In this document: positions 30,744-44,329 of the stretch, piece by piece | Layout: every line of letters begins with the position of its first letter | Numbering within the stretch: position 1 is the stretch's first letter | From: Eledone cirrhosa | Taxonomy: Eukaryota | NCBI GenBank assembly: GCA_964016885.1 | Contig: OZ024753.1 | Coordinates: 38,254,001-38,318,000 of the forward strand | DNA: 64,000 nt | Direction: 5' to 3' | Notes under the pieces: model-generated | Databases searched by the model: none | Told to the model about the DNA's origin: nothing | What the model saw: the letters and a program-made list of their open reading frames with translations, nothing else | Made by a program: the position numbers and the translations under genes

Positions 30744-33700
30744 TTTCTTTATTAGCCACAGGGGCACAAAAGAAGGGGACAAATACAAAGGGGGAAGTTT
30801 ACATACAATAAAAACGTGTAAAATGTTATCACAGATGGAATTTAAAAGTTAGTCGATTTTCCCCAATAGAGGGAGACAGTTTATATGGGTAACACAGACC
30901 CCCGAAAAAAATGTGCAACCCTCATCTCCAGGAGTACGAAGAGCTTGTACTCCTTTCCTCTCCTCCTCCTTTTCCTCAACCTACAGGCTGATATAGAGAG
31001 AAGGCCCATTCACTCGGGCCATTCTCGCCACTTTCACCCACCTTTCATAAAACTTGCTGGGGTACAGCACCTCTCTCTCCATCCTGATTCTTCTTCCAAA
31101 GTGGTATTTGAAAAAAAGAATCAGTTGTTGGCCGGAGAGAAAGGTGTCTGACCTCAGCCCTTTCAACCTTGTCCACCATACAACCTCTTTCGCCATAGCT
31201 ATCACACAAAGGAAAACCGCCTCTCCTTCGTTTTTGAAGGAGGGTGGCGGTTTGATCATGACAATGGACTCGGTGGTCAACTGGATTGGTCCCACCCGCG
31301 ACAATAGTCGTTCCACATAGCCCCACAGGTCAGTGACGCCCGGGCAGTGTATGAATGCGTGCGCGACGGTTTCTTCGTCTCGCACGCACCTCGGACAGAT
31401 CTTTTTTGCAGGGTCCCTGCCCGGGCGCCCATGTCTGTAGAGCTTGTCTCGAACTGGTAGAGCTCCTCGGTAGCACTGCCAGGCCAGGGACTTTTGGAAG
31501 TTGTCCATCGGTCCCGGGCGGAAGGTCCTACCGAACAGACTGGCCAGTTCATCTTCCTCCACGCCTAGAGTTTCACCGAGCGCGTCGTCGCACTTGCTGC
31601 GGACCAACCCTCTATAGAATGACGAAGTGGAGTCTCCACTGATCGCCGGGTCCGCCTGCCAGAGGGCTGTGAGCGCCTGAGCACATTCGATGTGCCAGTC
31701 GCCCATTTTCCTCGGTCTCTGCTTGACCCAGGACTGCAGCTCGGTCAGCGAGACGAGTCGTGGGAAGGCTCGCCTCACGAACGGGGCCCACACCGGTTGT
31801 CCGGTGAGGAATACGTAGAGATGCCGCAGCCTGAGCGCGTGTTTGCGCATCGTCAACCACGGCATCCCCAGCCCTCCGTTAGAAGGGTGTTGGCAGCAGA
31901 TGGATCTTCTTACCAAAGGAGCCCGCCTCTTCCAAAGGAATCGGAAGAGGGCGCGCTCCATTTTGGCGAGCGTTTTGGCTGGACAAGGCACGACGGTCAA
32001 GCGGTAGTAGATGGCGGACGCTATAAAAGTGTTCGCCACCTCCGCTCGACCTTTCAAGGATAGTTTGCACTCGGCCCACTTCTGGGTGAGTGCAAACACC
32101 TTGGCCGTCACTTCGTTCCAGTTCTTCTCCACCTGGAGGTCCGGACCAAACCAGACCCCGAGCAGCTTTACCGGTCCTTCCGTCCAGCGTCCGACGACGC
32201 CATCGGAAGGCATCGGTCTGCCTCTCCACGATCCGAGTTGCAAACCGATGGACTTGTCCCGGTTCAGCTTCGCTCCTGTGAGACTTTCGTATTCCTTTAG
32301 TAAGGTGCCGACTTCCTCGATTTGCGAGGCGCTCGACACCATTACTGTCACGTCGTCGGCGTAGGCCGACGCCGCTTTCCGCAGTCCCGGTTCCAGAGGG
32401 ATGCCCTGCAATAGCTCCAGCTTCCGCAGTAGTGGCTCGAGAGTCAGTACGTACAGAAGGGAGGAGAGAGGGCATCCCTGTCGAATGGATCGCGTAATAT
32501 GGAACGGCTCCGAGAGGTAACCGTTCACCTTGACCCTTGAGCAGATGTTGCTGTTGTGCATTGCAGCAATCCAGCCCCTGAACACGGGTTCGAAGCCTGC
32601 CGCCTCGAGCACCGCATCCAGGTAACGATGGTCAACCCTATCGAAAGCCTTAGACTGATCCAAGTTGATCAGGGCCCCACCGAAGCCGGGTTTACACCCT
32701 ACCCTCTCTATGATGTATCGCATGAGGTGGAGGTTGTCGTGTATGGACCTGGTCGGGATCGCGCATGTCTGCGCTTCTCCCACCAGGTTCTCGACGACAA
32801 GCGCCAGCCTCTTTGCCAACACCTTGGCCAAAATCTGTAACTCTGTGTTTAGCAGAGTTATGGGCCGGAAGTTGCCTATGTCATCCCCCTTATTCTCGTC
32901 CTTCCTGATTAGTGTGACCACGCCCCCGGTTACAGAATTGGGAATTCTCCCGTTCTGTTGCCAGTTGCAGTAGACCGCTTCCAGGAGACCGGAGAATAAG
33001 TCCGGCATTGCTACGTAAAATTCGTAGGGTAGACCGTCGAGACCTGGAGATTTGCGTTTGCCGCATTGGCTCAGCGCGTCCCCTATCTCAGTGGCTGAAA
33101 TCGGCTTTTCGCAGAACTTCGCCTCGCTGTCCGAGAGTCGCGGTAGGCCGTCGAGGTATGGACCGAAATCCATAGCCTCTCCCGGCGCGCCGCTCCTCCC
33201 GAACAGCCGAGCAAAGTGCCGCTGAAAAGCCGCACACATCTGCTTCGGCTCACGTATCACGCGTCCGTTTTGGTCCTTCAAAGACCGAATCGTGGACTTG
33301 TTGCCACTTTTTGCCTCCGTCACTCGGGCCCAGCTAACAGCTTTGGCTCCCTCGTTTCCCAGAGCACGTATTTTGCTTCTGACAACGCAGCCCTCGTGCT
33401 TTGCGTCGAAGAACTGGTCCAAGGCCGTTCTCGTTGCTAGCACGCTGGCTACGTTGCCACTTCTAATAGCCTCTTCTACTTTATCTACCAGTTCCTTCTC
33501 GGTTCTATTTCTATCTAACGCTAATTCTTTACTAAAAACTATCGAGTCTAATCTAACTGCCCTCTTGAGAGAGTACCACCATCTGTTGTTGACAATGGCC
33601 CCTGTCAAGTGCTGTTTAACTAAAGTGCTAATCCGTCTACTGTAGGCTTTGCTTGTCGGTAACGACAAGTTCAGCTTCCAGTAGCCGGGTCCTTGTCTAT

Positions 33701-33850
33701 GGGTTCTATCAAGGTTGGCCATGCAGGTCACTAGTTTGTGATCTGAATAGGCAACCATGAACATTTGTGGACAGCTTAACATGTCCCTATCCTTATTTCT
33801 AACTAGAACCCTATCTAGGTACGATCTAGATGTTCCGCTACGATTACTCC
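30744..33850 (-). mobile_element. 5'-truncated Tx1/L1-clade LINE
   Basis: GC-rich block with open ORF2; 3' UTR ends ggctaataaagaaa; candidate TSD atatatatagata at 30729-30741 and 33851-33863. Confidence 0.9.
30981..33850 (-). CDS. LINE ORF2: end of APE endonuclease, reverse transcriptase, C-terminal zinc knuckle
   Basis: SYLDRV/SDH, GPGYWKLN, KSPGLDGLPYEFY, NFRPITLLN, LDQSKAFDRVDH, IRQGCPLS, YADD, CPRC..ETVAHAFIHC; no internal stop; the ORF-track N-terminus beyond 33850 is flanking microsatellite. Confidence 0.92.
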
Positions 33851-33856
33851 ATATAT

Positions 33857-33921
<65 letters not shown>

Positions 33922-34336
33922 GAGATAGATAGAGAGATAGACATAAAAAAAACTGTGGAATCAGAGGAGAGTAAAGGGAAAGAAAGTAATGTACACACAA
34001 TTACTGAAGAAAACAACCACGTCCATGAAGGAATTACTGATGTTTAAAATGGCGACGGTGGTAAGATGGTTTAAATGTGAGAGGAAGAAGTGAATGTGAT
34101 GAATGAGGAGAAAAAATATTAGAACAGGAAAACGGGAAAAAAACCCAGAAGTGTTTGTTGTTGATGGCATCTTGGGAATATGGTCAGTGGAGTATATATA
34201 TATGTGAGATGTATGTAAACGGAAAATAACAAAGCAAACAATACAGTAAAATGAAGATATATATTAATTTATCGCTTGATATAGTAGGAAAAGTGTCTTA
34301 CACACGCACACACTTATATGTACATATATATATTTA

Positions 34337-34448
<112 letters not shown>

Positions 34449-34471
34449 TAATATATAGATAGATAGATAGA

Positions 34472-34520
34472 TTTCTTTATTAGCCACAAGGGCGCAACAA
34501 GAAAAGGGGACAATACAAAG
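34472..34520 (-). mobile_element. 49-bp 3'-terminal fragment of the same Tx1-like family
   Basis: tttctttattagccacaagggcgcaacaagaaaaggggacaatacaaag resembles 30744-30790; 19-bp direct repeat atatagatagatagataga at 34453-34471 and 34521-34539. Confidence 0.85.
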
Positions 34521-34924
34521 ATATAGATAGATAGATAGATAGATATATAAAAGTGTGTGTGTGTGTGTATAAATGGCACTATTTGTTCCAATGTAGAAAT
34601 TACTGGTCTGAGAGAGGGAACTTGAAACTGATCATTAGAAAACTATCAAGATTAGAGATACAATATATTGTCAAAGATCTACCAACTATACACAACATCT
34701 TTCAGTACATGGAGACTATAAAACGATACAACAACAGAAACATTACCAGTCTGAGAACTGAGATTTTCCCCTTTTTAACTATTTTTCTGTCTATCTGGTT
34801 ATTTTTCGTTTTTATTTCTTAACTGTAAGGAGTATTATATATTTCCCTTAGACCGCCATGGCTTACTAGCTCGACGTTTTAATTGATTAGATAAATAAAT
34901 AAATATCTATATGCATATATATGT

Positions 34925-35049
34925 ATACATGTATATCATGACTCATACACTATTCACTTCCCTGACATTTGTGTATTATTCTATGTACTATGCATGCACC
35001 TTTGACGAGTTGTAGTGCACCTGAGCACTTTACACAATAATTTATTATA
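34925..35049 (+). mobile_element. 3' end of a LINE/SINE-like repeat with an (ATT)n-type tail
   Basis: gagttgtagtgcacctgagcactttacacaataatt; near-identical minus copy at ~59340-59480 and a short copy at ~39880-39928. Confidence 0.7.
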
Positions 35050-35052
35050 TAG

Positions 35053-35151
<99 letters not shown>

Positions 35152-35192
35152 CGATATTAAATAAATGGAAACTATATTTATAAAACCATATT

Positions 35193-35258
35193 TATTTCAT
35201 TATATATATTTCAGGGATATCATATTAAAAATATGTTATGCCTTCTTCAGACAAAATA
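35193..35258 (-). ncRNA. Minimal type I hammerhead ribozyme
   Basis: Reverse complement of 36350-36415. Confidence 0.8.
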
Positions 35259-35967
35259 CAATATAAACAGTCTTATAAATAGATAGATTCGACATACCTT
35301 TCTATTCGACTTCTATTTTTATTGATATATTGATATCTGTTCTCTATTTATGCTTGAACGATAATCATGTAGAGTAAAGACATGAATAGTATTGTTAAAA
35401 TTAATGTAGACTCTATATATATTTGTGTGTATGCACACATATATGTATACTAGAATTTTTATAGCACAATGAGAATGTTTTCGTGTGAAATAGGAATTTG
35501 CAGAGCTGATCACGTAAATTCACATGGATGTATATAGTATAAAATCTGGGATAACCTTCTATTTTACCTCAACTCTAATATAAACCTATGAATTTTAAAC
35601 TAGACATATGATCATTATTTTTCACACATTATTGATACGTGTCTCATTCATGAATACTGATATTTACATTATAATGCCTGTTTTATACGAATTGGTATTT
35701 TTTACATTGATGAAACATAGTGTTTTAAATCTGCCTCGTTTTTGTCTGGATATTTTTCTTTTCTTTTTTCTCTCTATGTAACGGCTGTTTCCTCTCTTAA
35801 CCACATATATCTCTCTCTACATTAATACTAGAGCTAAATAAATAAATAAATAAATAAATAAATATATCATTGATACGTCATTCAACTGGTGCACAACTAC
35901 CTATTTTCTTTCTCTCTATCTCTATCTGTATCTATCTCTCTCTATCTCTATCTGTATCTATCTCTCT

Positions 35968-36031
<64 letters not shown>

Positions 36032-36034
36032 CTT

Positions 36035-36101
<67 letters not shown>

Positions 36102-36349
36102 CCCTCTGTGTTTTTTCCTCTCTCTATATATCTCTCTCTGTTTCTTTACATGAATTTCTTCTCTCTATCTATCTCTCTATATCTATCTCTCTCTATTTAG
36201 TTGCATGCATTTCTTCTTTTTCTTCGTTTTTCTGTCTTTCTTTTTATAACTGTCCCTAATATTTTTTCCACTACCAAATCAACTTTTCAAATAGAAGTCG
36301 AAGTTGAAAGGTATGTCGAATCTATCTATTTATAAGACTGTTTATATTG

Positions 36350-36415
36350 TATTTTGTCTGAAGAAGGCATAACATATTTTTAATATGATATCCCTGAAAT
36401 ATATATAATGAAATA
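36350..36415 (+). ncRNA. Minimal type I hammerhead ribozyme
   Basis: tattttgt-CTGAAGA-agg-c-ata-a-catatt-ttt-aatatg-a-tat-c-cct-GAAA-tatata-TA^-atgaaata. Confidence 0.8.
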
Positions 36416-36651
36416 AATATGGTTTTATAAATATAGTTTCCATTTATTTAATATCGTAAATATACTCCAAATACTTGTTGAGTGCTTTTATATCAGTTAT
36501 AAATATTTACTCGTTGTTAACCCAACAATTTAAATAAAACTTTGCATATATATATATATATATATATATATTGTAATATTTACTGGAAGCTAAACTTCAC
36601 TAATTGCAAATTCTAGTGTCAGATCTTACAGATTCTCAAGCCTTCTTATTC

Positions 36652-36704
<53 letters not shown>

Positions 36705-37205
36705 GAGAGAGAACACCAACAACTCGTAAAATAACACGAACTACTGCAACAAAATATCAACAACTACAACAGTTGGAATAACACAAAACTTGAACAATTT
36801 CTCTGTCATTCTACAAATAAAACATCAGAGTAAAATATTTTTTTTTATTCAACCTAAAATATACTTGGTGTGTGTGTGTGTGCGTGTCTCCCTGTGTGCG
36901 CTTGTTTGTATCTCTGTGTTAGCATGTGTGTGTGTGTGTGCGTCTGAATATATGTCTATATGCGTGTGTCCCTGCGTGTGTCCCTGCGTGTGTATGTTTC
37001 CCTGGGGGAAGGGTATTCCTGGGTATGTGTCCCAGGGTGGGTGTGTTTCGCTGGCGGTGTTTCTCATGGAAAGGGGGGTTTCCTTGGTCTGTTTCCCGGG
37101 GGAGGGGCGCTTGATATGTGTTTGACTTTCCTTGTTTTTATTTATTTATTGTTGTTGCTGTTATGTTTAACATGGTTATCCAGTGCTTTAACAGCAGCAA
37201 CAGCA

Positions 37206-37241
<36 letters not shown>

Positions 37242-37621
37242 GCAGCAGCAGTAGCAGATCACGTCATCATCGTCAACATTCCTCAGTCAAATTATCATCA
37301 TCATCCCCACCACTACCACCATCAGCATCACAATCACCAGCACCACCACCACCACCATCATCATCCTATTTCCGTTTTTATATTGGGAACAAAGTAATTA
37401 TTTGAGGTCAGTGAGTGCTAAACTGGCACCTGAACAAGAGTTGTTGTTTAACCCCAGGTCAGCTTTGATTGAGAAGATCTAACCAAGAGGATTCCAGCCG
37501 TGAACATCCCGATTTTAATGGATGTGTAAAAAGGGTAAAGATCCCCTCTGGTCACGAGTGACCATGGGATTTGCACCAGCACCACTATCACCATCAGACC
37601 ACCACTACATCTCCTATACCT

Positions 37622-38400
37622 GTTAGTCAGTATCACCTTAACTGAGAGTGAAAACAAACTCCTGGCTCTCAGCAGTCAACAGTCTGTTAGTCTGTGTCAC
37701 CTTAGCTGAGCAGTAAAAACAAATTCCTGGCCCTCAGCAGTCAACAGTCTGTTAGTCAGTATCACCTTAACTGAGAGTGAAAACAAACTCCTGGCTCTCA
37801 GCAGTCAACAGTCTGTTAGTCAGTATCACCCTAACTGAGAGTGAAAACAAACTCCTGGCTCTCAGCAGTCAACAGTCTGTTAGTCAGTATCACCTTAACT
37901 GAGAGTGAAAACAAACTCCTGGCTCTCAGCAGTCAACAGTCTGTTAGTCAGTATCACCCTAACTGAGAGTGAAAACAAACTCCTGGCTCTCAGCAGTCAA
38001 CAGTCTGTTAGTCAGTATCACCTTAACTGAGAGTGAAAACAAACTCCTGGCTCTCATCAGTCAACAGTCTGTTAGTCAGTATCACCCTAACTGAGAGTGA
38101 AAACAAACTCCTGGCTCTCAGCAGTCAACAGTCTGTTAGTTAGTATCACCTTAACTATTAACTGAGAGTGAAAACAAACTCCTGGCTCTCAGCAGTCAAC
38201 AGTCTGTTAGTCAGTATCACCCTAACTGAGAGTGAAAACAAACTCCTGGCTCTCAGCAGTCAACAGTCTGTTAGTCTGTGTCACCTTAGCTGAGCAGTAA
38301 AAACAAATTCCTGGTCCTCAGCAGTCAAGTTTGTTAGTCAGTATTACCTTAGCTGAGCAGCTAAAACACGCCTCTGCTCCTCAGCAGTCTGTTAGTTAGT
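37622..38400. repeat. 64-bp minisatellite, ~12 copies
   Basis: Unit gttagtcagtatcacc(t/c)taactgagagtgaaaacaaactcctggctctcagcagtcaacagtct at 37622, 37686, 37751, 37815 and onward. Confidence 0.95.
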
Positions 38401-39218
38401 GTTGTCTTAGTTGAACTGTAAAAACACGCATCTCTAGCCCCCCCCCCCAGCTATCTGTCAGTCAGTGTCGCTCAAATGTCTAACCTAGCCTGACTTGATT
38501 TTAAGAGCCAGTCCTTTTCTTATAACAACTCTGTCTATTCATGTATGCAGGGAACTCAGTACCAACAATATCCAGTATGTCTTTTTTCTAAGATGCTGGG
38601 ATGTAATTCGAGGGATATTTGGCTGTTATTTGTAGCTGGTTGAGCAACAATTACATAGGAGCTTTTTCATTTGCTCGGCTTCCATTTTGTTGTGTTCGTT
38701 TACATCAAACATTGGTGTGAAGATGCGTGGCTTAGTGTTGTATCCTTGAGCAAGGCACTTTATTTCACATTACTCCAGTTCACTCAGCAGGCAAACAATG
38801 TGTTGTGCATTTAATTCCAAAAGTTAGCTTTGTCACACAAATGTGCTACGATAAATCTCCCTGAGAATTAGATTAGTACTAGACGTATCTATAGAATGTT
38901 CAGACTTCATACATTGTTCTGTTGATCAAACAACTGGAACACACGTCGTAACCGACGAAGGTGTAACACACAACACTCTTTGTTACTTCGTCTCATCTAC
39001 ACATTTATTTATTCCTATTTCACCTTCATTACATTTATTTATTTACTATTCTTATCTTGGTCCCGCAACCCCAAGAAAATGCAACTCAGTTAGTCTTGCA
39101 GGTGTTTCGGCAAGGACCAAGATAGTAGTCATTTCCAAAATACAAAATATTTCATAGTTTTGCATATCCAAGGGAGGCTACTCTCGTAACTAGAAAATTA
39201 ATAAACAAATTTTATTTA

Positions 39219-39408
39219 CGGGAATCGGCTGAAAAGTTCATCGAGATACTTTCATGGAATGACCAAATGAGGTTTATTTTTTAACATAGTCCCTCGGGAG
39301 AAACAATGTAGTTGTTTATAAGAAGAGTTGATATTAATGCATGCAAGATTTCACAGCTCTTGCGTCACTCCTTCATCGTCAGCCTACGAACTTTTCAACC
39401 CACTCTCG
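39219..39408. mobile_element. Mariner-like MITE
   Basis: ta|cgggaatcggctgaaaagttc ... gaacttttcaacccactctcg|ta; imperfect TIRs with TA flanks. Confidence 0.6.
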
Positions 39409-41339
39409 TATATAAAAATTTCACATAATAAAGGAGAAAGAAAGAAAAGTATTAAATAATGAAAGGAAGGGAGGGAAGGATGAAGGTTCTAAACCCTTAT
39501 TTAGGCGGTATATCTCAGCTTCGCCTCGCGAATAAGATAGTGGGAGCCTTGCTGCGGAGAACAGCCAGCGACACTCACTACACCAGCATCAGCCACCCCA
39601 CCTTAAAAGATTACTGTGTTAGGAACAAAGAAACATTTGGGGAGAGCTGGACTGTAGGTCTTCAGAGAAAACGATCACCACTCCTACCCCTTCCTCATGC
39701 AATTGTTTTGACTCTTAACTCCTTTACATTCTAAGGGGATAGGGTCGCATGAAGGTCATAAGTCTTGGCTACCCTTCTGCTGATGTTTTTTAACCACTTC
39801 GATATCGGACACTTGTTAGATGTAGAGAGCTTAAACCATATAAAATATTTATAAGGGTTTGTTGATAAAATATTAATAATAATAATAATAATGAAATTAT
39901 TGTGTACAGTGCTCAGGTGCACTACAACAATAAAGATCGCTTCTGTTCCTCCTCGACCAGATTCAGCTGGAACTCTTCTCCACAGACGACTCTGATATTT
40001 CCTTTGGTACTCTTCTTCCCAGAGGTTGGGAGCTGTTTCATTAAATTGAAGTCAGATTTATCTACAAACTCTTTAGCTCAAACCTTTTAGGGACTTTATT
40101 TCATATTGTTCTAGTCCACTTATTTGGCAAAATTGAGTTGTGTATTTGATTGAAAAGATCAGCTTTATCAAACATTGTGGTACGATGAATCTCTCTGAGA
40201 ACTAGATTAATGCTACAAGTGTCTATAGAATGCTTGTTCCATTGATCAAACAACTGGAACACAGAGGGCGTGAACTTTGACCTGAAAGGCATACTTCTCG
40301 ATCTTAAATACGTGACAATCTTCTATTCTATTTTCAAATGACACAGTGAATTCAATCAAAATCAACTGCTTTGATGAACTGGAATGAAATACGGTGTTCG
40401 ACCCCAAGCCATTCTTACTGATGATTTCTCATTGTTTTGTTGTTTTAATATTTAGGGGCGAAGAGGGTCTGTTATACACTCCTAGTCATCAATTCCACCC
40501 AAAAGGCTCCACTACCGCGCGCTGGGTCGCATAACTGGGGCACATAACTTGGAGGAGACGCACACTCTAGAGCTAGTCTAGTTCACTAAAATACTCAGGC
40601 TGTGTCTATATCATCATCATCTTCTTCACCTTCTTTTTCTTCTTCTTCTTCTTCTTCTTCTTCTTCTTCTTCTTCTTCTTCTTCTTCTTCGCCCACTTAT
40701 TCCTGAGAGGGTCGCGGGGGGAATTGTCCTCAAGTACTCCTTCCAGTGGGTCCTCTCATATATTAATGAAATCCTGTGGATGTTAAATCTATTACTAATC
40801 CAGAAACTGAATACAGTCGACACGTTAATGTATCTGAAATGTGGTTTTGTTGGATAAATGAAAAATATAAATTATTTCTTACATGAAATATTGCACGACA
40901 CATGAGAAATATGTATCAACAAGGGAAATAACTCTTTCCTTTTTCTTCACTCCCTTACTCTGCTTTAATCAAGGAAACTGATATAAAGATTTAAATTCTC
41001 ATTTTCTCATTCTCCTTTCACATACAAACATAAATTTATGTAAGCATGTATTATATACATTGACTAACAGGTTCGATACTGGTTGTAGAGTCAGGATAAT
41101 ATATATTATTTAACTTTTCAAAACAGTTTGTTTTGAGAAACCACTAGCGGTGGTCCTCGCCACACGAGTTTCACTGCCAGTTGCTCACCCCCCCCCCCTC
41201 CACCCGTTAAATTCTACCACTAGCCTGTCCAACCCCTACATCTTCACATCTTCCCTAAAACAATAGTTTGAGTGCACCCCGACCACTGTTCATCTCATAC
41301 CAGAGATTAGCACGGTTCCTAACAATGGACGATCAACAA

Positions 41340-42020
41340 ACCTAAAGAAAGCTATCAATGCCAAATTCAATGAATTTTACATTAAAGGAACTGTTCACCA
41401 CCTCTCTTTTCTGTCCTTCCTCGCCCAGTGTAATACGGATTCTCTCGAACGGTTGAGAGAGAAACATCTCCTCACTTCTCCGGATTATTGTTTACTCTGG
41501 TCCGACCCATCAGGTTATTTACAACCAGGTTTCACCTTGGATAACACCAGGAAGGCGATTGCATCCTTTCCTGCAGGTTTCGGTGCGGGAATTGATGGCC
41601 TACGACCCCAACATCTTAAGGATGGTATTTCCCTGTCGCCCGGTGATGTCGGCCTCAAGCTTTTGAAAAATCTGACCCAGTCTGTCAACATGTTCTCGTC
41701 CGAGAGTGTCCTTTCCTTTATTCATCTCTTATTCTTTGGGGTTAAGCTGTTCTGCCTCGCTAAGTCCAATGGCAGCCCCCACCCCATTGCAGTTGGGTGC
41801 ACTTTGCGACAGCTTACAGCAAAAGTGTATCTCTCATCAATATCAGACTCCCTGTCAGCAGAATTTCCCCTATTCAGCTAGGGGTGGGTAACAAGCTGGG
41901 TTGTGAAGCATCAAATACCACCCCGCTCGTTAATCCACTGTCAATGTTTCCCAGTTGACCTCACTCATGTCAAATGCTTTAAAACAGGACTTAATGCAGC
42001 CTTGAACTGTATTAGGGGCG
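41340..42020 (+). pseudogene. CRE-clade (early-branching) non-LTR retrotransposon RT fragment
   Basis: SFPAGFGAGIDGLRPQHLKD and LFCLAKSNGSPHPIAVGCTLRQLTAK, then frameshifted QLGVG..GCEA. Confidence 0.7.
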
Positions 42021-42577
42021 CCATCTGCATACAAACCCACCACGCCGTATCTATTCGCTGACGAAAGCGTTCAAGAAGCGTTATGCTTGTTGTTAGACTT
42101 CCGTCGGTTCCGACGACAAGTGTTCCGGTTGATCGATCAACAACGGAATAGTCTTCCCGTTAAATTAAAGTGGCTGAGCATTCCACAGACACGTATACAC
42201 TTAACCTAGTTCTGAAGGAAGATTTGTTTTGACACAGTGTGTGACATGGCTGGCCGTTAGAATTACAGGTACAACTCATTTTTACCGACTAAGTGGAGAG
42301 GAACAATGTGAAATAAATAGTGTTTTGTTTAAGGACACAATGAGCCACTGGGAATCCAACTCGCCACCTTACGATCCTAAGCCATATGCCACTAGCCTCC
42401 ACACATGATACTTGTAAAGGTACCATGTCTCATATGAGTAATAAAAAGTTAATAAACGTGTACCATTTAACCCTTTGTCTACCTCGATTTGTTATAGCAG
42501 GAGCGGACTGTGTCTTAAACCAGATCCAGGTCGACGCCACCTTTCAAATCGCAAATGTTCATTATTGTGTTTCACGG

Positions 42578-42666
<89 letters not shown>

Positions 42667-42752
42667 TTCCATCGGAAAGGTACAGGAAAAAAGAGTGCAC
42701 TATGTAGGTTACAGAGCTTATTAGTTATGTAATAAACAACATAAGATGATTA

Positions 42753-42812
42753 TTTCATTTACCAGTGGTTTCTTGAAAGCAAATAAATGTGCTTCCAGTC
42801 GTCAGAATGAAA
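42753..42812 (-). ncRNA. Type I hammerhead ribozyme
   Basis: tttcatt-CTGACGA-c-tggaagca-catttatt-tgctttca-a-GAAA-cca-c-tgg-TA^-aatgaaa. Confidence 0.85.
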
Positions 42813-42881
42813 AAAAAACCCTGTGTTTTTATTTTTAAATTTTATATTTAAATCCACATTCAATAAAAACACAGGTTTTTT

Positions 42882-42941
42882 TTTCATTCTGACGACTGAA
42901 AGCAGATTTATTTACTTTCAAGAAACCACTGGTAAATGAAA
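42882..42941 (+). ncRNA. Type I hammerhead ribozyme
   Basis: tttcatt-CTGACGA-c-tgaaag...ctttca-a-GAAA-cca-c-tgg-TA^-aatgaaa; predicted cut after 42934. Confidence 0.85.
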
Positions 42942-42966
42942 TAATCATCTTATGTTGTTTATTACA

Positions 42967-43031
<65 letters not shown>

Positions 43032-43145
43032 GAAAGGTATAGAAAGTATTGTAGCAAGAAGCCAACAGTATTCCATAATATATAAGTGACTATAGCAAAT
43101 GGGAAAATAGTAGTGTGTGTGTGTGTATGTGTGTATGTGTGTGTT

Positions 43146-43263
<118 letters not shown>

Positions 43264-43386
43264 CGTGCGTTAATTAAGTATGTAACTTCAGTTACAGGCA
43301 GTTCACCATTCGAAGCACTCGATGTGTGCAGAGTGTAAATAAAAGTAGTTAAGTAGGATCGAAATCACTGGTGCAGCATCTATATA

Positions 43387-43457
<71 letters not shown>

Positions 43458-43502
43458 AAGTAAAATAAAAAGTCAAATGTTTAAAATTTAGCTTCGTTTA
43501 TT

Positions 43503-43557
43503 ACTGCTATATATATTTCGGTGACAGCCATCTTTGGCTGTGACCTCTTCAGGCAGT
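43503..43557 (-). ncRNA. Minimal type I hammerhead ribozyme
   Basis: actgc-CTGAAGA-ggt-c-acagcca-aaga-tggctgt-c-acc-GAAA-tatata-TA^-gcagt. Confidence 0.88.
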
Positions 43558-43801
43558 CCGAATTAGTGTGGTATAGACAAGTACATATGTTGTTGAGGTG
43601 TATAATTTTGTCAATACTCTGATATGCCCAGTTCCTGGTTGGGTTGTTATTTCACTGAGGAACTGGAATCATATGAATTCAAACAAACGAATTTCAGTGT
43701 CAAAGGGCCTCTTCTCCTCCCATTGGTCAGTTTTTGTCAGAGTATTGACACAATTATACACCTCCACAACATATGTACTTGTCTATACCACACTAATTCG
43801 G

Positions 43802-43856
43802 ACTGCTTGAAGAGGTCACAGCCAAAGATGGCTGTCACCGAAATATATATAGCAGT
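43802..43856 (+). ncRNA. Hammerhead ribozyme copy with C3>U core change
   Basis: Same as 43503-43557 but the core reads TTGAAGA. Confidence 0.7.
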
Positions 43857-44029
43857 AATAAACGAAGCTAAATTTTAAACCTTTGACTTTTTATTTTACT
43901 TTATTTTACATTACTCCGGAGTAACCAAACTAACCTGCGCACCTCGTCGAGTGCTCCAGCCTGCATACTGAGGTGTTGGTATACAACCAACATATACTCA
44001 AAATCTCTCTCTCTATATATATATATACA

Positions 44030-44329
44030 ATATATTAATAAATGGAAACTATATTTATAAAACGATATTTATTTTATTATACATATTTCAAGGGCAACCA
44101 AGGCAAATTATGGTGCGCTTTCATCAGATAAAATACAGATTTGTTTTATAAATAAATATTGACATACCCGGAAAAAAAGACAACCTTAACGGTTGGAGCT
44201 TCCTGGATATTTTATCTGATGAAAGCGCACCATAATTTGCCTTGGTTGCCCTTGAAATATTTACTCCACTAAATTGTTGAGTGCTTTATATCTGTTATAA
44301 AAAATATTTAATTAAATATAACCTCTGCA
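44030..44329 (+). mobile_element. Internally deleted fold-back cassette (20.7/35.2 kb family)
   Basis: 44083-44135 mirrors 44208-44260; the plus arm jumps from gaaatat to the tactcca..ttgagtgcttta extension. Confidence 0.7.
44070..44135 (-). ncRNA. Minimal type I hammerhead ribozyme
   Basis: tattttat-CTGATGA-aagcgcacca-taatttgcct-tggttgccctt-GAAA-tatgta-TA^-ataaaata; perfect 8-bp stem I. Confidence 0.82.

Larger units (their letters stand above)
35151..36546 (+). mobile_element. Fold-back Penelope-type cassette (~167-bp inverted arms plus 3' extension)
   Basis: 35151-35317 is the near-perfect reverse complement of 36289-36457; each arm has a hammerhead; extension with ttgagtgct ends at (TA)n. 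Confidence 0.75.
42661..42971 (-). mobile_element. Fold-back cassette, ~110-bp arms, ~27-nt loop
   Basis: 42723-42833 mirrors 42862-42971; unique extension on the left; (TA)n on both sides. Confidence 0.8.
43451..44002 (+). mobile_element. Fold-back cassette, ~171-bp arms, ~114-nt spacer, 3' extension
   Basis: 43451-43622 mirrors 43737-43907; extension carries tcgagtgct; microsatellite flanks. Confidence 0.8.

Noticed and set aside
33851-34016. Signal-peptide-like N-terminus of the 1011-aa ORF
   Set aside because: It is flanking (TATC)n and unique DNA fortuitously in frame with the truncated LINE.
37622-38400. CRISPR-like array or tandem hammerheads (ctgagagtgaaa)
   Set aside because: There are no unique spacers and no cas genes; CTGAGAG does not match CTGANGA and there is no stem II.
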